IMG/VR virus record: IMGVR_UViG_3300046049_000082
Location: 1-41,127 of that record
From: a virus
Lineage: Duplodnaviria; Caudoviricetes
Reading direction: 5' to 3' (one strand)
DNA length: 41,127 nucleotides
A model generated the notes under the pieces. That model was given only the letters and a program-made list of their open reading frames with translations, made no database searches and was not told the DNA's origin. Below are positions 9,472-19,423 of this stretch, piece after piece. Within the stretch, counting starts at the first letter, position 1; every line of letters starts with the position of its first letter. A program made the translations under genes and the position numbers.

Positions 9472-10713
9472 ATGAGTCCAACAGCAAGCGATACCCCTGA
9501 CAGTGGACAGCTCCCGGGACGCTACGAGTGGGTCGTCGAACCCAACCGTGGTGACTTCCCAACAGACCCGAGCTTCAACCGGTTCAGTGACATCATCCGG
9601 TCGTTCGAAGCCAGTCCCGGCGCACAACTCGGCCGGCAGGACGCCCTCGGCACTGCCGACGCGATCGACCACAATCGCGGTGACGAAGACCCGTCAGCGA
9701 GCATTGACTATGACCTGCAGCAGTTTTTCACCGACGGCAGCGGTACGCCGGTCGACGCAAGTGGCTACGGCCTCCTGCGAGACGACTACAACCGGCTCAC
9801 AGGCACCCTGCACATCGAGGCCCGACGCGAGTACCCTGGCGGGAACGACAGTGCTGGCGTCCGGGAGTACGTCGTCGTGCGCGGGGCGGCCGTCGACACC
9901 GTCGGTGCCGACCTCGACCCTTCCAGCGAGGACCCGATCCTCATGTCGCTGGAGTTCCAGCCCGCTCGCGTCCGCAGCTACCTCATTCATCAACCGTCGT
10001 CCGGCACGACGCTCGACATCACGTCGACCGACGGCAACGACACGATGGACATCACCATCGAAGATGAGGGCGCGAGCACGGCTGAGACGATATCGCTGAA
10101 CGGAACGACAACGGTCACTACGGCGTCGTCGTTCAGTGATGTTGATGTGGTTCATCTCGCGTCGGCGGCGGCTGGCGACATTACCATCACAGACGGCAAC
10201 GGGACCACGCTGATGGAGCTCGAAGGCGGAAGCACGTACTCGGACGATAATAACCCCGTCGACGGTGACCGAGGGCTCGCTCCGCTCGGTAGCGGGAGTC
10301 GAGCGTCGGCGATCGGGTCGACGTACGAACACTTCGTCGGCGATCGGTTCGAACGCCCCAGCGGCTCCTCGGTTCGCCCCCGTGTCAACTCCGCTGGTTG
10401 GACGGTCGAGAACAATGTCGGCACCTCCTCGCTGCAGGGCACCCGAGCACCGGCGGTTGACGAAGCCACCCGGTCAGTGACGGTAGAGGGAGATATCGGC
10501 GGCAAGTTCGTGAACCACAACTCGATGATGGAGGCGCTTCAGAAGGTTCAGGACACCCTTGAGCACGAACTCGACGGCGGCACGGTCACCTTTAACAACA
10601 CGGTGCCGACTGACTCCGCAACCGAAACGCGAGAGGCTGACCAAGGCGTTGCGTCGATGAGTGAGACGTTGATGGCCAGCGGCGACCCGGCGATTACCTT
10701 CAGCACCAGCTAA
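9472..10713 (+). CDS. Major tail (tube) protein
   Basis: 413 aa acidic Thr/Ser-rich ORF upstream of the chaperone and tape measure genes; no sheath gene seen. Confidence 0.75.
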   Translation: MSPTASDTPDSGQLPGRYEWVVEPNRGDFPTDPSFNRFSDIIRSFEASPGAQLGRQDALGTADAIDHNRGDEDPSASIDYDLQQFFTDGSGTPVDASGYGLLRDDYNRLTGTLHIEARREYPGGNDSAGVREYVVVRGAAVDTVGADLDPSSEDPILMSLEFQPARVRSYLIHQPSSGTTLDITSTDGNDTMDITIEDEGASTAETISLNGTTTVTTASSFSDVDVVHLASAAAGDITITDGNGTTLMELEGGSTYSDDNNPVDGDRGLAPLGSGSRASAIGSTYEHFVGDRFERPSGSSVRPRVNSAGWTVENNVGTSSLQGTRAPAVDEATRSVTVEGDIGGKFVNHNSMMEALQKVQDTLEHELDGGTVTFNNTVPTDSATETREADQGVASMSETLMASGDPAITFSTS

Positions 10714-10715
10714 CC

Positions 10716-11114
10716 ATGGCTGACGAGACACCAGCGTCGATTACGAGCCTCGCTCATGAGCGGGGTGAGGACGGCAAGCCACTTCCAGTCACGCGGACGG
10801 CGACGGTCGACGGGCGGGGAGAGTTCGCCGTTGAGGTCTATCCAGCGACAAGTGGCAAGCGGAACACGTGGCAGCGACGGCTTGAGGAGGAGGGCGAGGA
10901 ACTCACTGAGGAGACGGAGGCGGAACTCCTCGAAGAGTTCGCCGCCCACGACCCAGCGGATTTCAACAATGCAGAAACGTGGATGGACGTTCGGCCAGCA
11001 ATCACGGACGCGCTTGGCGAGGTCATTCTTGCCGAGCTGTTCGACGTTCCACAGGACGAGTTCTTCGAAGCGCTGGAGGACTGGTCTGCTGAGGCAGCGA
11101 GTGAGGGAAACTGA
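10716..11114 (+). CDS. Tail assembly chaperone (gpG-like)
   Basis: Lies between tail tube and tape measure; ends in slippery G GGA AAC just before the TGA. Confidence 0.8.
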   Translation: MADETPASITSLAHERGEDGKPLPVTRTATVDGRGEFAVEVYPATSGKRNTWQRRLEEEGEELTEETEAELLEEFAAHDPADFNNAETWMDVRPAITDALGEVILAELFDVPQDEFFEALEDWSAEAASEGN

Positions 11115-11359
11115 GTCCGGTCGAGCTTCGAGCGGCGTTCGACGCATGGGCGCACGCCCACGCCAACCTCACATATCAGGAGCTCGCCACGTACACGCAG
11201 CAGGAGATCGTTCGGTTGCAGCTCGGCTGGCTGATTCGGGAACGACCCGGTGACAACTCCGAGGAGTCATCGCCGGGGGTGATGCGTCGTCGGTCGCAGT
11301 TCCGCGACCGGCATCGAGAGCAACGGAGCGAAGTCTTTGGGGACCTCGGCATCCAGTGA
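11105..11359 (+). CDS. -1 frameshift extension of the tail chaperone (gpGT-like)
   Basis: X XXY YYZ heptamer GGGAAAC at 11105-11111; the -1 frame is open (LSPVELRAAFDAWAH...FGDLGIQ) to a TGA at 11357-11359. Confidence 0.8.
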   Translation, partial: GKLSPVELRAAFDAWAHAHANLTYQELATYTQQEIVRLQLGWLIRERPGDNSEESSPGVMRRRSQFRDRHREQRSEVFGDLGIQ

Positions 11360-11360
11360 A

Positions 11361-11660
11361 CTAACTGTCCGCTTGGTCCGGTAGTTTCTCTCGGACGACC
11401 TCGCGCTTGCTTCGAGCGATATAGGCTCCACCGAGGTAGCAAACCACGATCAAGCCAAACAGCCAATTTATCGTCACCTCTGGCGACGACGCCGCGAACA
11501 GCCCGTACAGCACCGACCCAGCAATTGCGGCAATAATCGGGATGTACACCCCGATGTTCAGTAAATACCGCTCTCTGGTCATCCGCGTGTCCCCGCAATG
11601 TGGGCACTGCTTCGCTTTGGGCTGAATGGCCTCCGCACAGTTCTCACAGCTGACCGACAT
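11361..11660 (-). CDS. Zinc-ribbon membrane protein (moron-like, antisense to the tail operon)
   Basis: CENC...CPHCG followed by two hydrophobic helices. Confidence 0.75.
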   Translation of the reverse strand: MSVSCENCAEAIQPKAKQCPHCGDTRMTRERYLLNIGVYIPIIAAIAGSVLYGLFAASSPEVTINWLFGLIVVCYLGGAYIARSKREVVREKLPDQADS

Positions 11661-11723
11661 GCCCGCGCAGTCGCGGCCTATACCTAAAGAGGTTGACCAC
11701 GTTTCATCTCTCCAATAACCACC

Positions 11724-14093
11724 ATGGTACGGAACCCGTTTGCTGACGAACAGGTAGCCGTCGCCGTCAGTGGTGACACCGACGGCTTTCAGAACTCAAT
11801 CAGCGCCGCGGCCGATGAGCTGTCGACCCTTCGATCCATCGCCGGCGGGGCCGGCGCGGCACTTGCTGCCCTTGGCGTTGGCGGGTTTGCAGTCGCGACG
11901 AAATCGGCTGCCGACTTTGAGCAGGCCCTCGTCGGTGTTGAGAAGGTCACCACCGCAGAGACAGCGCGAGCACTGAACAGCGAGTTGCGGGATATGGCCG
12001 AAACCGTCCCCCTTGCGCAGTCGGAACTTGCTGGCATCGCCGAACAGGCGGGTCGACTCGGCCTCGAAGGGACTCAGAACATTCGTCGATTTACCCGTGT
12101 CACCGGCGAGATGGTGACGGCGACCGATTTAACCGCCGACCAGGCGGCCAATGCGTTCGCCCGGCTGACCGAGTTAACCGACATCTCAACCGACCAGGTC
12201 CGGGAACTTGGAAGTAGTGTAAACTCCCTGTCAAATAATATGGCTACTTCCAGCTCAGAAATCGTGGAATCAATGTTGCGGTCGTCGGCTGCGTTGTCAT
12301 CGCTCGGTGTTCAAGTTGAGGATCAACTGTCAATCGCTAGTGCATTAAATGAGGTCAGTGAGAGTGCAGCTCGGGCGGGGACGAGGTTGAAGCGAGTCGC
12401 CCAAGAACTTCAGGACCCGCGGAACGTCGAAGACTTCGCGAGCGCACTGGGCGTGTCGGCATCGGAGTTCGAACGGATGCGGCAGGAGAGCCCGGCCGAG
12501 CTCATCAAAACACTGGCTCGGACGCTCGGCGAGGGAGGCGACGCGGCTGACATCCTTAAGCAGAACCTTTCATCGGTGAGCCGACAGGCTCTGGGGGCCC
12601 TGGCGCAGAACCTCGAGTCTGTTGAAGATGCCCAGGGGAGGGTGAACAGCGAATTCGAGGAAACATCGTCACTGAGCGGGGAGTTTCAGACCGCAACGGA
12701 CACCTTTAATTCTGAACTGCAGCTGACGAAGAACGCACTCCGCAATATTGCTATCGGGACCGGCGAACGGACCCTTCCGGCACTCACGGATCTGCTCGAG
12801 ACGACCCGCGGCGGTATTCAAGCATTCGATAAGTTGAACGAGAAGACGGATGGGCTGGCAGGGTCGTTGGGGCTGACGACAGCGGCTATCGGCGGGACCG
12901 GGCTTGCGCTGGCGGCGTTTGCCAGCGGTCCGGTCGGGTTGGCTGCAGCCGCGATCGCAGCACTCGCCGCGGTGGCTGTTAGTGACTTCGGCGAGATTCG
13001 AACAACGGCCGTCCGGACGTCAAGCGATATCGCCGCCTCGTATGCGCGGGCTATAAGTGAGGTGTCAGGTCGAACCGACAGCGAACTCGCAAAGACACTT
13101 GCATCCTGGCGCGGCTTCAAACGCGCCCTTGCACAAGGATTCGACGTGATCGGGATTGGACTCGCGACACTCGTTGACTCCTTCGCGACGGCGGCACAGA
13201 TCATCGGAAACACTGCGGCGGGTATCAAGGAATCCATTGATCTCCTCGCAGAAGGCGAACTCGAAGCAGCGAACGAACGGCGTCGGGAGATGGTTGAGGA
13301 AAATGAAGAGATCCAGGGGTCATTCGCGGATCGCGTCCGGCAACGCGGCACGCGCGGCCGGCGTCGTCGACAGCGTCGGTTGAGTGGTAGCTCTGGAACA
13401 CCGCCCGACACACGCGCCGACTCTGGAGAGTCGCCTGAACAGGCGACTGCTGCTGCCGCAGAATCTGTGTTCAGTGCTGCTGGTGAGTCCTCCAAACAGT
13501 TCGCTACCAAGACCGACGCAGCTGCTGACGGAGCCGACGCATTCGCGTCGTCGGCCCAGCAGGCAGCTGAGCAACTCTCGACGTCCGAGCAGATTATCAG
13601 CGATGCGGAGCGAAATGCCGAGAAGCTTCGGGAGCTCGGGCTTGAGGACCGAGCGAAAGAACAGGAAGACCGTGCAGAAAGCGTCCGAGAACTCAGCAGG
13701 AGCATGCAGCGGAGTGTAGTGAAAGACCAGCTGGAGTCGGGGAAGTCCCCCGACGAGATCTTCGGCGGGGGGGACGGTGGTGGCGCCGGCGATGCAGTGG
13801 CTGCTGGGAGTGGCGGCGGGGGTGGCGCATCCGGATCGTCTCCCCCCGCGTGGACATCGAAGCTGAACACGACGCTGGGGTCGCTCCAGTCGTCGATCGA
13901 GAAGCTGACGGCGACGGCAGTCGTGGCGGACGCGGTTGAGCAAGCAATCGATGGCGCGACGCTCTCACTGTCAGGGACGCTCGAGCTTGAGGACGATGTC
14001 GCGACGCTCGACGATGTCGACGCCCGCATCAAACAAGACGCGCAGCAGAATGGCCGACGTGTCCGTGACCTCGGCATTGGGAATATCCGATGA
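11724..14093 (+). CDS. Tape measure protein (TP901-like)
   Basis: AADFEQAL.GVEKV, ELAGIAEQAGRLG and AARAGTRLK motifs; Ala-rich helical 789 aa. Confidence 0.92.
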   Translation: MVRNPFADEQVAVAVSGDTDGFQNSISAAADELSTLRSIAGGAGAALAALGVGGFAVATKSAADFEQALVGVEKVTTAETARALNSELRDMAETVPLAQSELAGIAEQAGRLGLEGTQNIRRFTRVTGEMVTATDLTADQAANAFARLTELTDISTDQVRELGSSVNSLSNNMATSSSEIVESMLRSSAALSSLGVQVEDQLSIASALNEVSESAARAGTRLKRVAQELQDPRNVEDFASALGVSASEFERMRQESPAELIKTLARTLGEGGDAADILKQNLSSVSRQALGALAQNLESVEDAQGRVNSEFEETSSLSGEFQTATDTFNSELQLTKNALRNIAIGTGERTLPALTDLLETTRGGIQAFDKLNEKTDGLAGSLGLTTAAIGGTGLALAAFASGPVGLAAAAIAALAAVAVSDFGEIRTTAVRTSSDIAASYARAISEVSGRTDSELAKTLASWRGFKRALAQGFDVIGIGLATLVDSFATAAQIIGNTAAGIKESIDLLAEGELEAANERRREMVEENEEIQGSFADRVRQRGTRGRRRRQRRLSGSSGTPPDTRADSGESPEQATAAAAESVFSAAGESSKQFATKTDAAADGADAFASSAQQAAEQLSTSEQIISDAERNAEKLRELGLEDRAKEQEDRAESVRELSRSMQRSVVKDQLESGKSPDEIFGGGDGGGAGDAVAAGSGGGGGASGSSPPAWTSKLNTTLGSLQSSIEKLTATAVVADAVEQAIDGATLSLSGTLELEDDVATLDDVDARIKQDAQQNGRRVRDLGIGNIR

Positions 14094-16000
14094 CTTGGAC
14101 GCTGGAGCTCGAAGATCCCGACGGGACGACAACAACCATCGCGAACGACGAGATTCTCAAACAATCGCCGAGAGTGCGGCATGAGCAGCTGGCGGTCTCG
14201 GAGTGGAACGTTCGAGTTCCGTATCGCGAGTCGCTGGAGTCTCATCGGCACGCTGAAGCGTTCCTCACGTTCCAGAATGAAGTCATCATGCGTGGTCCGG
14301 TGACCACCGTCTCAAGCGCTGATGGCGAAAGTGCCACCACGGTTCGGGGAAAGGACTTTGTTGATGAACTCCGCAGGAGTTGGGGGGATCGGCCGAACGG
14401 TCTCGTGTACGAAGTCACCCAGCAAGAAGGCTGGAAAGCGATCCAGGATCTATACGCCAAGTCGTTCTTCGATTCATACACCACGAACGTTGTGCAGCCG
14501 TCCCCGGCGACGGTCGATACCAACAAGTCCATCCAGTCGGCGGATACGACGAGCGAGTTCAGCTCGGTGTGGAGTCCGGCTGCTACCGACCCATTCACTG
14601 CGACCAACGACGGGCTTGAACTTACCCAGACCGGCTTCTTCAAAGAGGCAGAGAACGCGTCCGGGACCACTGCCGGGGAGGTCTCGGATGGCGATTACAG
14701 CAACGGCGCCGGAGAATCGCTCTCCGACCTCAACGACAATCTGTCATTCAGCTTCACACTGGACCACACGATTCCGGCTGCTGATGTCGGGTTCGCCGTC
14801 CGTTTGGATACGCTGGACGGCGACCATCCGCCGTTTGACCTGACGGTCGATGGAGAGGTCGTGCAGGGAGTCACGGCAGGCGCGATCGGAAGCGGCTTGG
14901 ACTGGTTCGGAGATGGCTCCCGCGGCATCTCCAGCGATCTCTCGCCCGGCTCGCACACCGCTGAACTGGATTGCACCGGCACTGGCGGTGGTCCGATGGA
15001 CGTCGACTGCCTAAACGTGTTCGACGGCCGCTACTCCTACAACTTCGACAACTCGGTCAACGCAAATGGGTATCTTGCGGGCCCGGAGCCCTTCCCGGAT
15101 GCGGCAGAACTCGCGGCCACAGAGGCACGTTCGGAGTGGAACATCACCGAGGCCACCGTCACGATCACGGCAAACGATACAACGGGGAACCAGCGCCTCC
15201 AGGTCAATCTCTCCGGAGCGTACAAGCCAACTGACGGCACCGAGAATAACACCGAATCTATCACCGTCACGAACGCTGGGGCGTCGTCGACGGCGACCAC
15301 CCGGCTGCGGCTGTCTCGATTCGGAAGTCAGTCCGGGTCGTCACCGACACAGGGTGTGAATCCACAACGAATCACGAGCTACGACCTTCAAGTCGATACG
15401 AACGACTTGGCCGTCATCGAGGATGAGACGTACAAGGGTTCGTTCTTCAACGTCTGGCAAGACCTCCACCGCGATTCGAACATGACCGCGGTCGCCGAAT
15501 ACACAGACACCAGCCGCGAGCTCACGAGTCTGGAGCCGGGCGACCAGACGAACAGCCAGTCCTGGACGCGGCTCGATTACACCCGAGAGTACGATATCGG
15601 TCGGTACGGCAATCGCATCCAGGCCATCGGCGGCGAAAGCGGCGGAAGCCGTGCCACTGCGTCGGTCACCGACGATGGCGAAGTCTCACGCGTCGGCGAG
15701 ATCATCGAAGGCGAGCCAGTTGTGAGAACGTCGGTGACCGACGAGAACGTGTTGCTGGCGGCAGCTCGCAACCGGCTTGCTGGCCTGATTGAGCAAGATC
15801 GTCTCGCTGGTGAGATAGTGGTCGTGCCGACGTCGGTTCCGCCCGGCTACGCATACACCGTCGAGCCATTCGATAACACCGATGTCGCGCTTCTGTCCGT
15901 CCAAATCACCGGCAACCGAGCAACCCTGCAGTTTCGGGAAGCCGAAACGATCGCCACCGCAATTGCTGATGTCCGCGAGACCGCCCAGAACAACTCCTAA
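14090..16000 (+). CDS. Baseplate hub/tail tip protein
   Basis: 636 aa after the tape measure gene; YGNRIQAIGG motif in the C-terminal part; beta-rich central insert. Confidence 0.65.
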   Translation: MTWTLELEDPDGTTTTIANDEILKQSPRVRHEQLAVSEWNVRVPYRESLESHRHAEAFLTFQNEVIMRGPVTTVSSADGESATTVRGKDFVDELRRSWGDRPNGLVYEVTQQEGWKAIQDLYAKSFFDSYTTNVVQPSPATVDTNKSIQSADTTSEFSSVWSPAATDPFTATNDGLELTQTGFFKEAENASGTTAGEVSDGDYSNGAGESLSDLNDNLSFSFTLDHTIPAADVGFAVRLDTLDGDHPPFDLTVDGEVVQGVTAGAIGSGLDWFGDGSRGISSDLSPGSHTAELDCTGTGGGPMDVDCLNVFDGRYSYNFDNSVNANGYLAGPEPFPDAAELAATEARSEWNITEATVTITANDTTGNQRLQVNLSGAYKPTDGTENNTESITVTNAGASSTATTRLRLSRFGSQSGSSPTQGVNPQRITSYDLQVDTNDLAVIEDETYKGSFFNVWQDLHRDSNMTAVAEYTDTSRELTSLEPGDQTNSQSWTRLDYTREYDIGRYGNRIQAIGGESGGSRATASVTDDGEVSRVGEIIEGEPVVRTSVTDENVLLAAARNRLAGLIEQDRLAGEIVVVPTSVPPGYAYTVEPFDNTDVALLSVQITGNRATLQFREAETIATAIADVRETAQNNS

Positions 16001-16009
16001 CACCCACTT

Positions 16010-16465
16010 ATGGACTACACATGGACCATCACTCGGAAGAACGCCTCGGACATTACCGCTGGTGCGAACATTGCTGACGGGCCGCCGACGATCACGCGCG
16101 GCCAGACTGCCAGTGTCGAGTTCCTCTTCCAGCCTGAAACGACGTCGACGACAGCGTACGGTGCGATGCTCGACTACTTGGATTTCGCCGATGCCGCAGA
16201 TTACGGGCTTACTGAGGCGAACATCCCGTGGTACCGCGAGCAAGTCCCGTCGCGGGCGGACGTTGACTCGCTCGTGGTGCAGATCGAACCGAGCAGCCAC
16301 CTCTCGTCGCTTGATGTCCCCGGGTTTTGGGGACTCGTGACCGGGGGTGAGGACTCCCGGGAGACGTCGGTGAGTCACGAGCAACTGGTCCTCGAGCTGT
16401 ATGTGCTTGCGGATGCAGCACAGTACGCCGACCACACTGCGATTGAGAACGACCTCTCGGCGTAA
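16010..16465 (+). CDS. Minor tail/baseplate protein
   Basis: 151 aa acidic ORF; synteny. Confidence 0.55.
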   Translation: MDYTWTITRKNASDITAGANIADGPPTITRGQTASVEFLFQPETTSTTAYGAMLDYLDFADAADYGLTEANIPWYREQVPSRADVDSLVVQIEPSSHLSSLDVPGFWGLVTGGEDSRETSVSHEQLVLELYVLADAAQYADHTAIENDLSA

Positions 16466-16537
16466 TTCCTCCCTCTTTAGCCAAGGAGGAGGTCAGGTCA
16501 CTCCGAGCTCACTCCCTCACGACATGAAAAGGTAGCT

Positions 16538-16624
16538 ATGCCAGAACTCAACGCGACTGCCCCGACCGTACCGCTTCAAATTGACCAAGGCGACGACGAG
16601 ACCTACGAGGTGTACGTGCAGTGA
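16538..16624 (+). pseudogene. 28-codon ORF resembling the N-terminus of a BppU-like protein (remnant)
   Basis: MPELNATAPTVPLQIDQGDDETYEVYVQ*; LQIDQGDD parallels FIIKEGDS of the next gene; its stop overlaps the next GTG. Confidence 0.4.
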
Positions 16625-16947
16625 GTGACTTCATCATTAAAGAGGGCGACAGCGACCCCGCCATCGAGGCGACGCTCCAGCGGGATGGGTCAGCCTACGA
16701 CCTCTCAACCGCCCAGCGTGTTGACATCGTCATCGGGGCGTTGCGCGACCCGCCGGTTATTGATGCCCAGGCGACGGTCACTGACGCGGCGAACGGCGTC
16801 GTCGAGTACGCCTGGCAGTCGGGCGACACCGACCAGCCGGGCACCTACCGGACCGAATGGGTCGTCACGACGGCCTCTGGTGCCGAGGCGACGTTCCCCG
16901 ATGCCGGCTACAAGACCGTCACAATCCAGCCAGAGGTGCAGCGCTGA
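16621..16947 (+). CDS. BppU-like baseplate upper protein (N-terminal domain)
   Basis: FIIKEGDS.P.IEATL...YDLS...DAANGVVEY.W..GDT..PG.YR.EW.VT...TFP. Confidence 0.8.
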   Translation: MSDFIIKEGDSDPAIEATLQRDGSAYDLSTAQRVDIVIGALRDPPVIDAQATVTDAANGVVEYAWQSGDTDQPGTYRTEWVVTTASGAEATFPDAGYKTVTIQPEVQR

Positions 16948-17144
16948 TGGCAAACACGGTGGCGGTGACGGCCTCGGAGGCGACGGTCTCGGCGGCACGA
17001 ATCAGGCGCTGTGCGACGCAGTTCGTCGTCCGGAGCGGCGAGTCGCGGACCGTCGACGGGACCGAGCGGCGGGCGCTAATGCGGCTGGAATCGGATGCGT
17101 CGGTGGCACTGGCGACCGACAGCGAATTCATCTTCGGGTGTTAA
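16947..17144 (+). CDS. Small hypothetical tail-region protein
   Basis: ATG overlaps the upstream stop; 65 aa. Confidence 0.45.
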   Translation: MANTVAVTASEATVSAARIRRCATQFVVRSGESRTVDGTERRALMRLESDASVALATDSEFIFGC

Positions 17145-17146
17145 AC

Positions 17147-17662
17147 ATGGCAAACGACAGCAAAATCAAGACTGATAGCAACGACAACATCGTCCTCGAA
17201 CTCGCGTCGGGCGAGACGGTGGTGGTCGATCCGAACGGCCTCCGGGCCGGCGGCATCAACCTCGGGAAGGGCGTCAAGGACGACAGTGACGCGCTGGCCG
17301 CGGCACTCGCAGCCTCGGGCGGCCTCAAATTTTCGTCGGGCGCCATCGCGGTTGAACCCGCGGACATCGCCGGCGCGCTCCTCTCCGACGACGGCAGCGA
17401 CACCCTCGCGGTCGACGAATCAAGCATCGACCACGACAGCATCGACCAGGCGACGGTCACCCCCGATGACCACCACGCCCAAGATCATCAGTCGCGCCAC
17501 GGCGCCGGCGGCGCTGACGAGCTGGCGACGGCGCTGCGATACCAGCCAGAGTCCGAGCCGTCGACGCCCACCTCGGGCGTGGTCCGGTGGTACGATTCGA
17601 CGGCTGATGCGTTCAAAGCAAAGTTCGACGACGGCTCAACGGTCACGCTTGCGGAGAAATAA
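17147..17662 (+). CDS. Tail fibre-related protein
   Basis: 171 aa from the ATG at 17147; HQSRHGAGGADEL motif and P.TP.SG..WY segment typical of fibre proteins. Confidence 0.6.
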   Translation: MANDSKIKTDSNDNIVLELASGETVVVDPNGLRAGGINLGKGVKDDSDALAAALAASGGLKFSSGAIAVEPADIAGALLSDDGSDTLAVDESSIDHDSIDQATVTPDDHHAQDHQSRHGAGGADELATALRYQPESEPSTPTSGVVRWYDSTADAFKAKFDDGSTVTLAEK

Positions 17663-17665
17663 CCC

Positions 17666-19315
17666 ATGGCGAACTTAGGCTCAACCGACACCCCGGCAGC
17701 GGCACAGTCACTCGATCTTCCGAACGGGTACAGCCCGGCATTCGAAGAAGACAGCGGCGATCTCGTCATCAACGACTCGAACGGAAACACGGTCTTCCGG
17801 TGGGACGACACCAACGGGCAGTTCCAGTTGGCGGCACCGCTGGACGCCGATGGCAACGACGTGACAAATGTGGGAGCGCTCGGTACAGACGAGCTAAACA
17901 ACAGGATACAGGTCACCGAGGGCGACGACCTTGTCGACATCATCAACAACCAGGCATCGTCGGGTGACCTCATCGAGTTTGACGGCAGCCAAACAACGTT
18001 CACCGTCTCGTCGACACTCACCCCACCGACTCGGATCGAACTGCGGGCTGGCGCCCGAGACAACATCGTCATCAAGAAAGGCTTCGACGGCACCCTGATC
18101 GAGGCCGACGACGAGAACGTCTACAAAGGCATCGAGTTCAACTGTAACAAAGCCAATCATACGGGCGACGGCGTCGTCGACGCCGCCAACGACACCCAGC
18201 GCATCCGATTCGTCGACTGCACCATCAAGGACGCTGCGGGTGACAACCGCGTCCACGACGGTCACAAAGCCCACCGCTACATCAATACCAAGATCCAAAA
18301 CGCTGACGGCTGGGGGCTCGTCAACACGGAGACGGGAGCGGGATCCGTCTCGGGGCGGCGAGTGCGGTTCGACCAGGACTCGGAGATACGGGATAACGGG
18401 TCGGGCGCCGTGCGGTGGGAAGCGAAGACGTTCGACGACAAATACTTTTGTCGCGTCCAGGGCAACGACGGGCCGGCGTTCGAGTTCGCCGCCAGCGGCG
18501 TCGCCCACGACAACATCGAGATCGGCGGGGACATCGTCACCGTGGGCGACCCGACGATATTCGTCTCTGCGGGAAGCGTCCGCGGGCTACGGTTGACGGG
18601 CCACATCCAGCACGACAGCGGTACGCAGACCGTCACCCACACGTCGCCGCTCGGCACGGTCCACGTCGAGTCGACGAGCCAGGATTCGTCGGTGGTGTTC
18701 GCGGGGTCGCTCTGGGAGGTGAGCCGCGACGACAGTTCCTATATGAGCAACCAGTCGGCTAACAACGTCTTCCTGTCGATCATGAGCGGTGAGCCCCGAG
18801 GCGCGGGGACGTTCGACGGGTCGCTTCAGGTCGCCGTGTCCGAGCCCCACAACTGGGTTAACACCGTCACGTCGTGGAACATCTCTCGGGGGCTGGGCTT
18901 CGACGTGGTGAACGACCAGCTCGTCAACCTCAAAGGCCGCGCCACCGAGTTCCCCGACGAGATCAAAGTCGGGGATGGCAACACCATAGAGGAGATAACG
19001 ATGCAGGGCCGCATCACCCGACTCCTCCATCAGGACGCCACGGGGACGACGGAGGCCGCGACGGGATACGACGAGAACGACGACACGTGGCACCTCTACG
19101 ACCGCGTCAATGGCGGGTCGCCGTTCAAGGCCCACCGCATCGACGGCGGATTCGGACAAGACGGTTTTGAGGACCTTCGGGGCCAGACAGGGAACTGGGA
19201 CGGCGAGATCCGCAACCACGACGGGACAGGAAGCGGAAACCCAAAGGGCGCCGCGCAGTGGGACGGCACGAACAACAACTGGATTAGCCTGATCGACGGC
19301 GCCACGTTCACTTGA
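17666..19315 (+). CDS. Tail fibre/receptor-binding protein with a probable beta-helix domain
   Basis: 549 aa; last gene of the tail module; IEFNCNKANHTGDG and repeated short beta-strand patterns. Confidence 0.7.
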   Translation: MANLGSTDTPAAAQSLDLPNGYSPAFEEDSGDLVINDSNGNTVFRWDDTNGQFQLAAPLDADGNDVTNVGALGTDELNNRIQVTEGDDLVDIINNQASSGDLIEFDGSQTTFTVSSTLTPPTRIELRAGARDNIVIKKGFDGTLIEADDENVYKGIEFNCNKANHTGDGVVDAANDTQRIRFVDCTIKDAAGDNRVHDGHKAHRYINTKIQNADGWGLVNTETGAGSVSGRRVRFDQDSEIRDNGSGAVRWEAKTFDDKYFCRVQGNDGPAFEFAASGVAHDNIEIGGDIVTVGDPTIFVSAGSVRGLRLTGHIQHDSGTQTVTHTSPLGTVHVESTSQDSSVVFAGSLWEVSRDDSSYMSNQSANNVFLSIMSGEPRGAGTFDGSLQVAVSEPHNWVNTVTSWNISRGLGFDVVNDQLVNLKGRATEFPDEIKVGDGNTIEEITMQGRITRLLHQDATGTTEAATGYDENDDTWHLYDRVNGGSPFKAHRIDGGFGQDGFEDLRGQTGNWDGEIRNHDGTGSGNPKGAAQWDGTNNNWISLIDGATFT

Positions 19316-19423
19316 TCGGTCGTTGTGAGCGCAACTGACCGCTCCGGCGCTTGAGAACCCGACCGGTCTGACATATCTAAACGATGACCAGCACCAGCTA
19401 CCAACAGCACTCGCGGAGGACCG

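Noticed and set aside
17147-19315. Invertible or diversity-generating tail fibre system
   Set aside because: No invertase, reverse transcriptase or duplicated fibre segments seen
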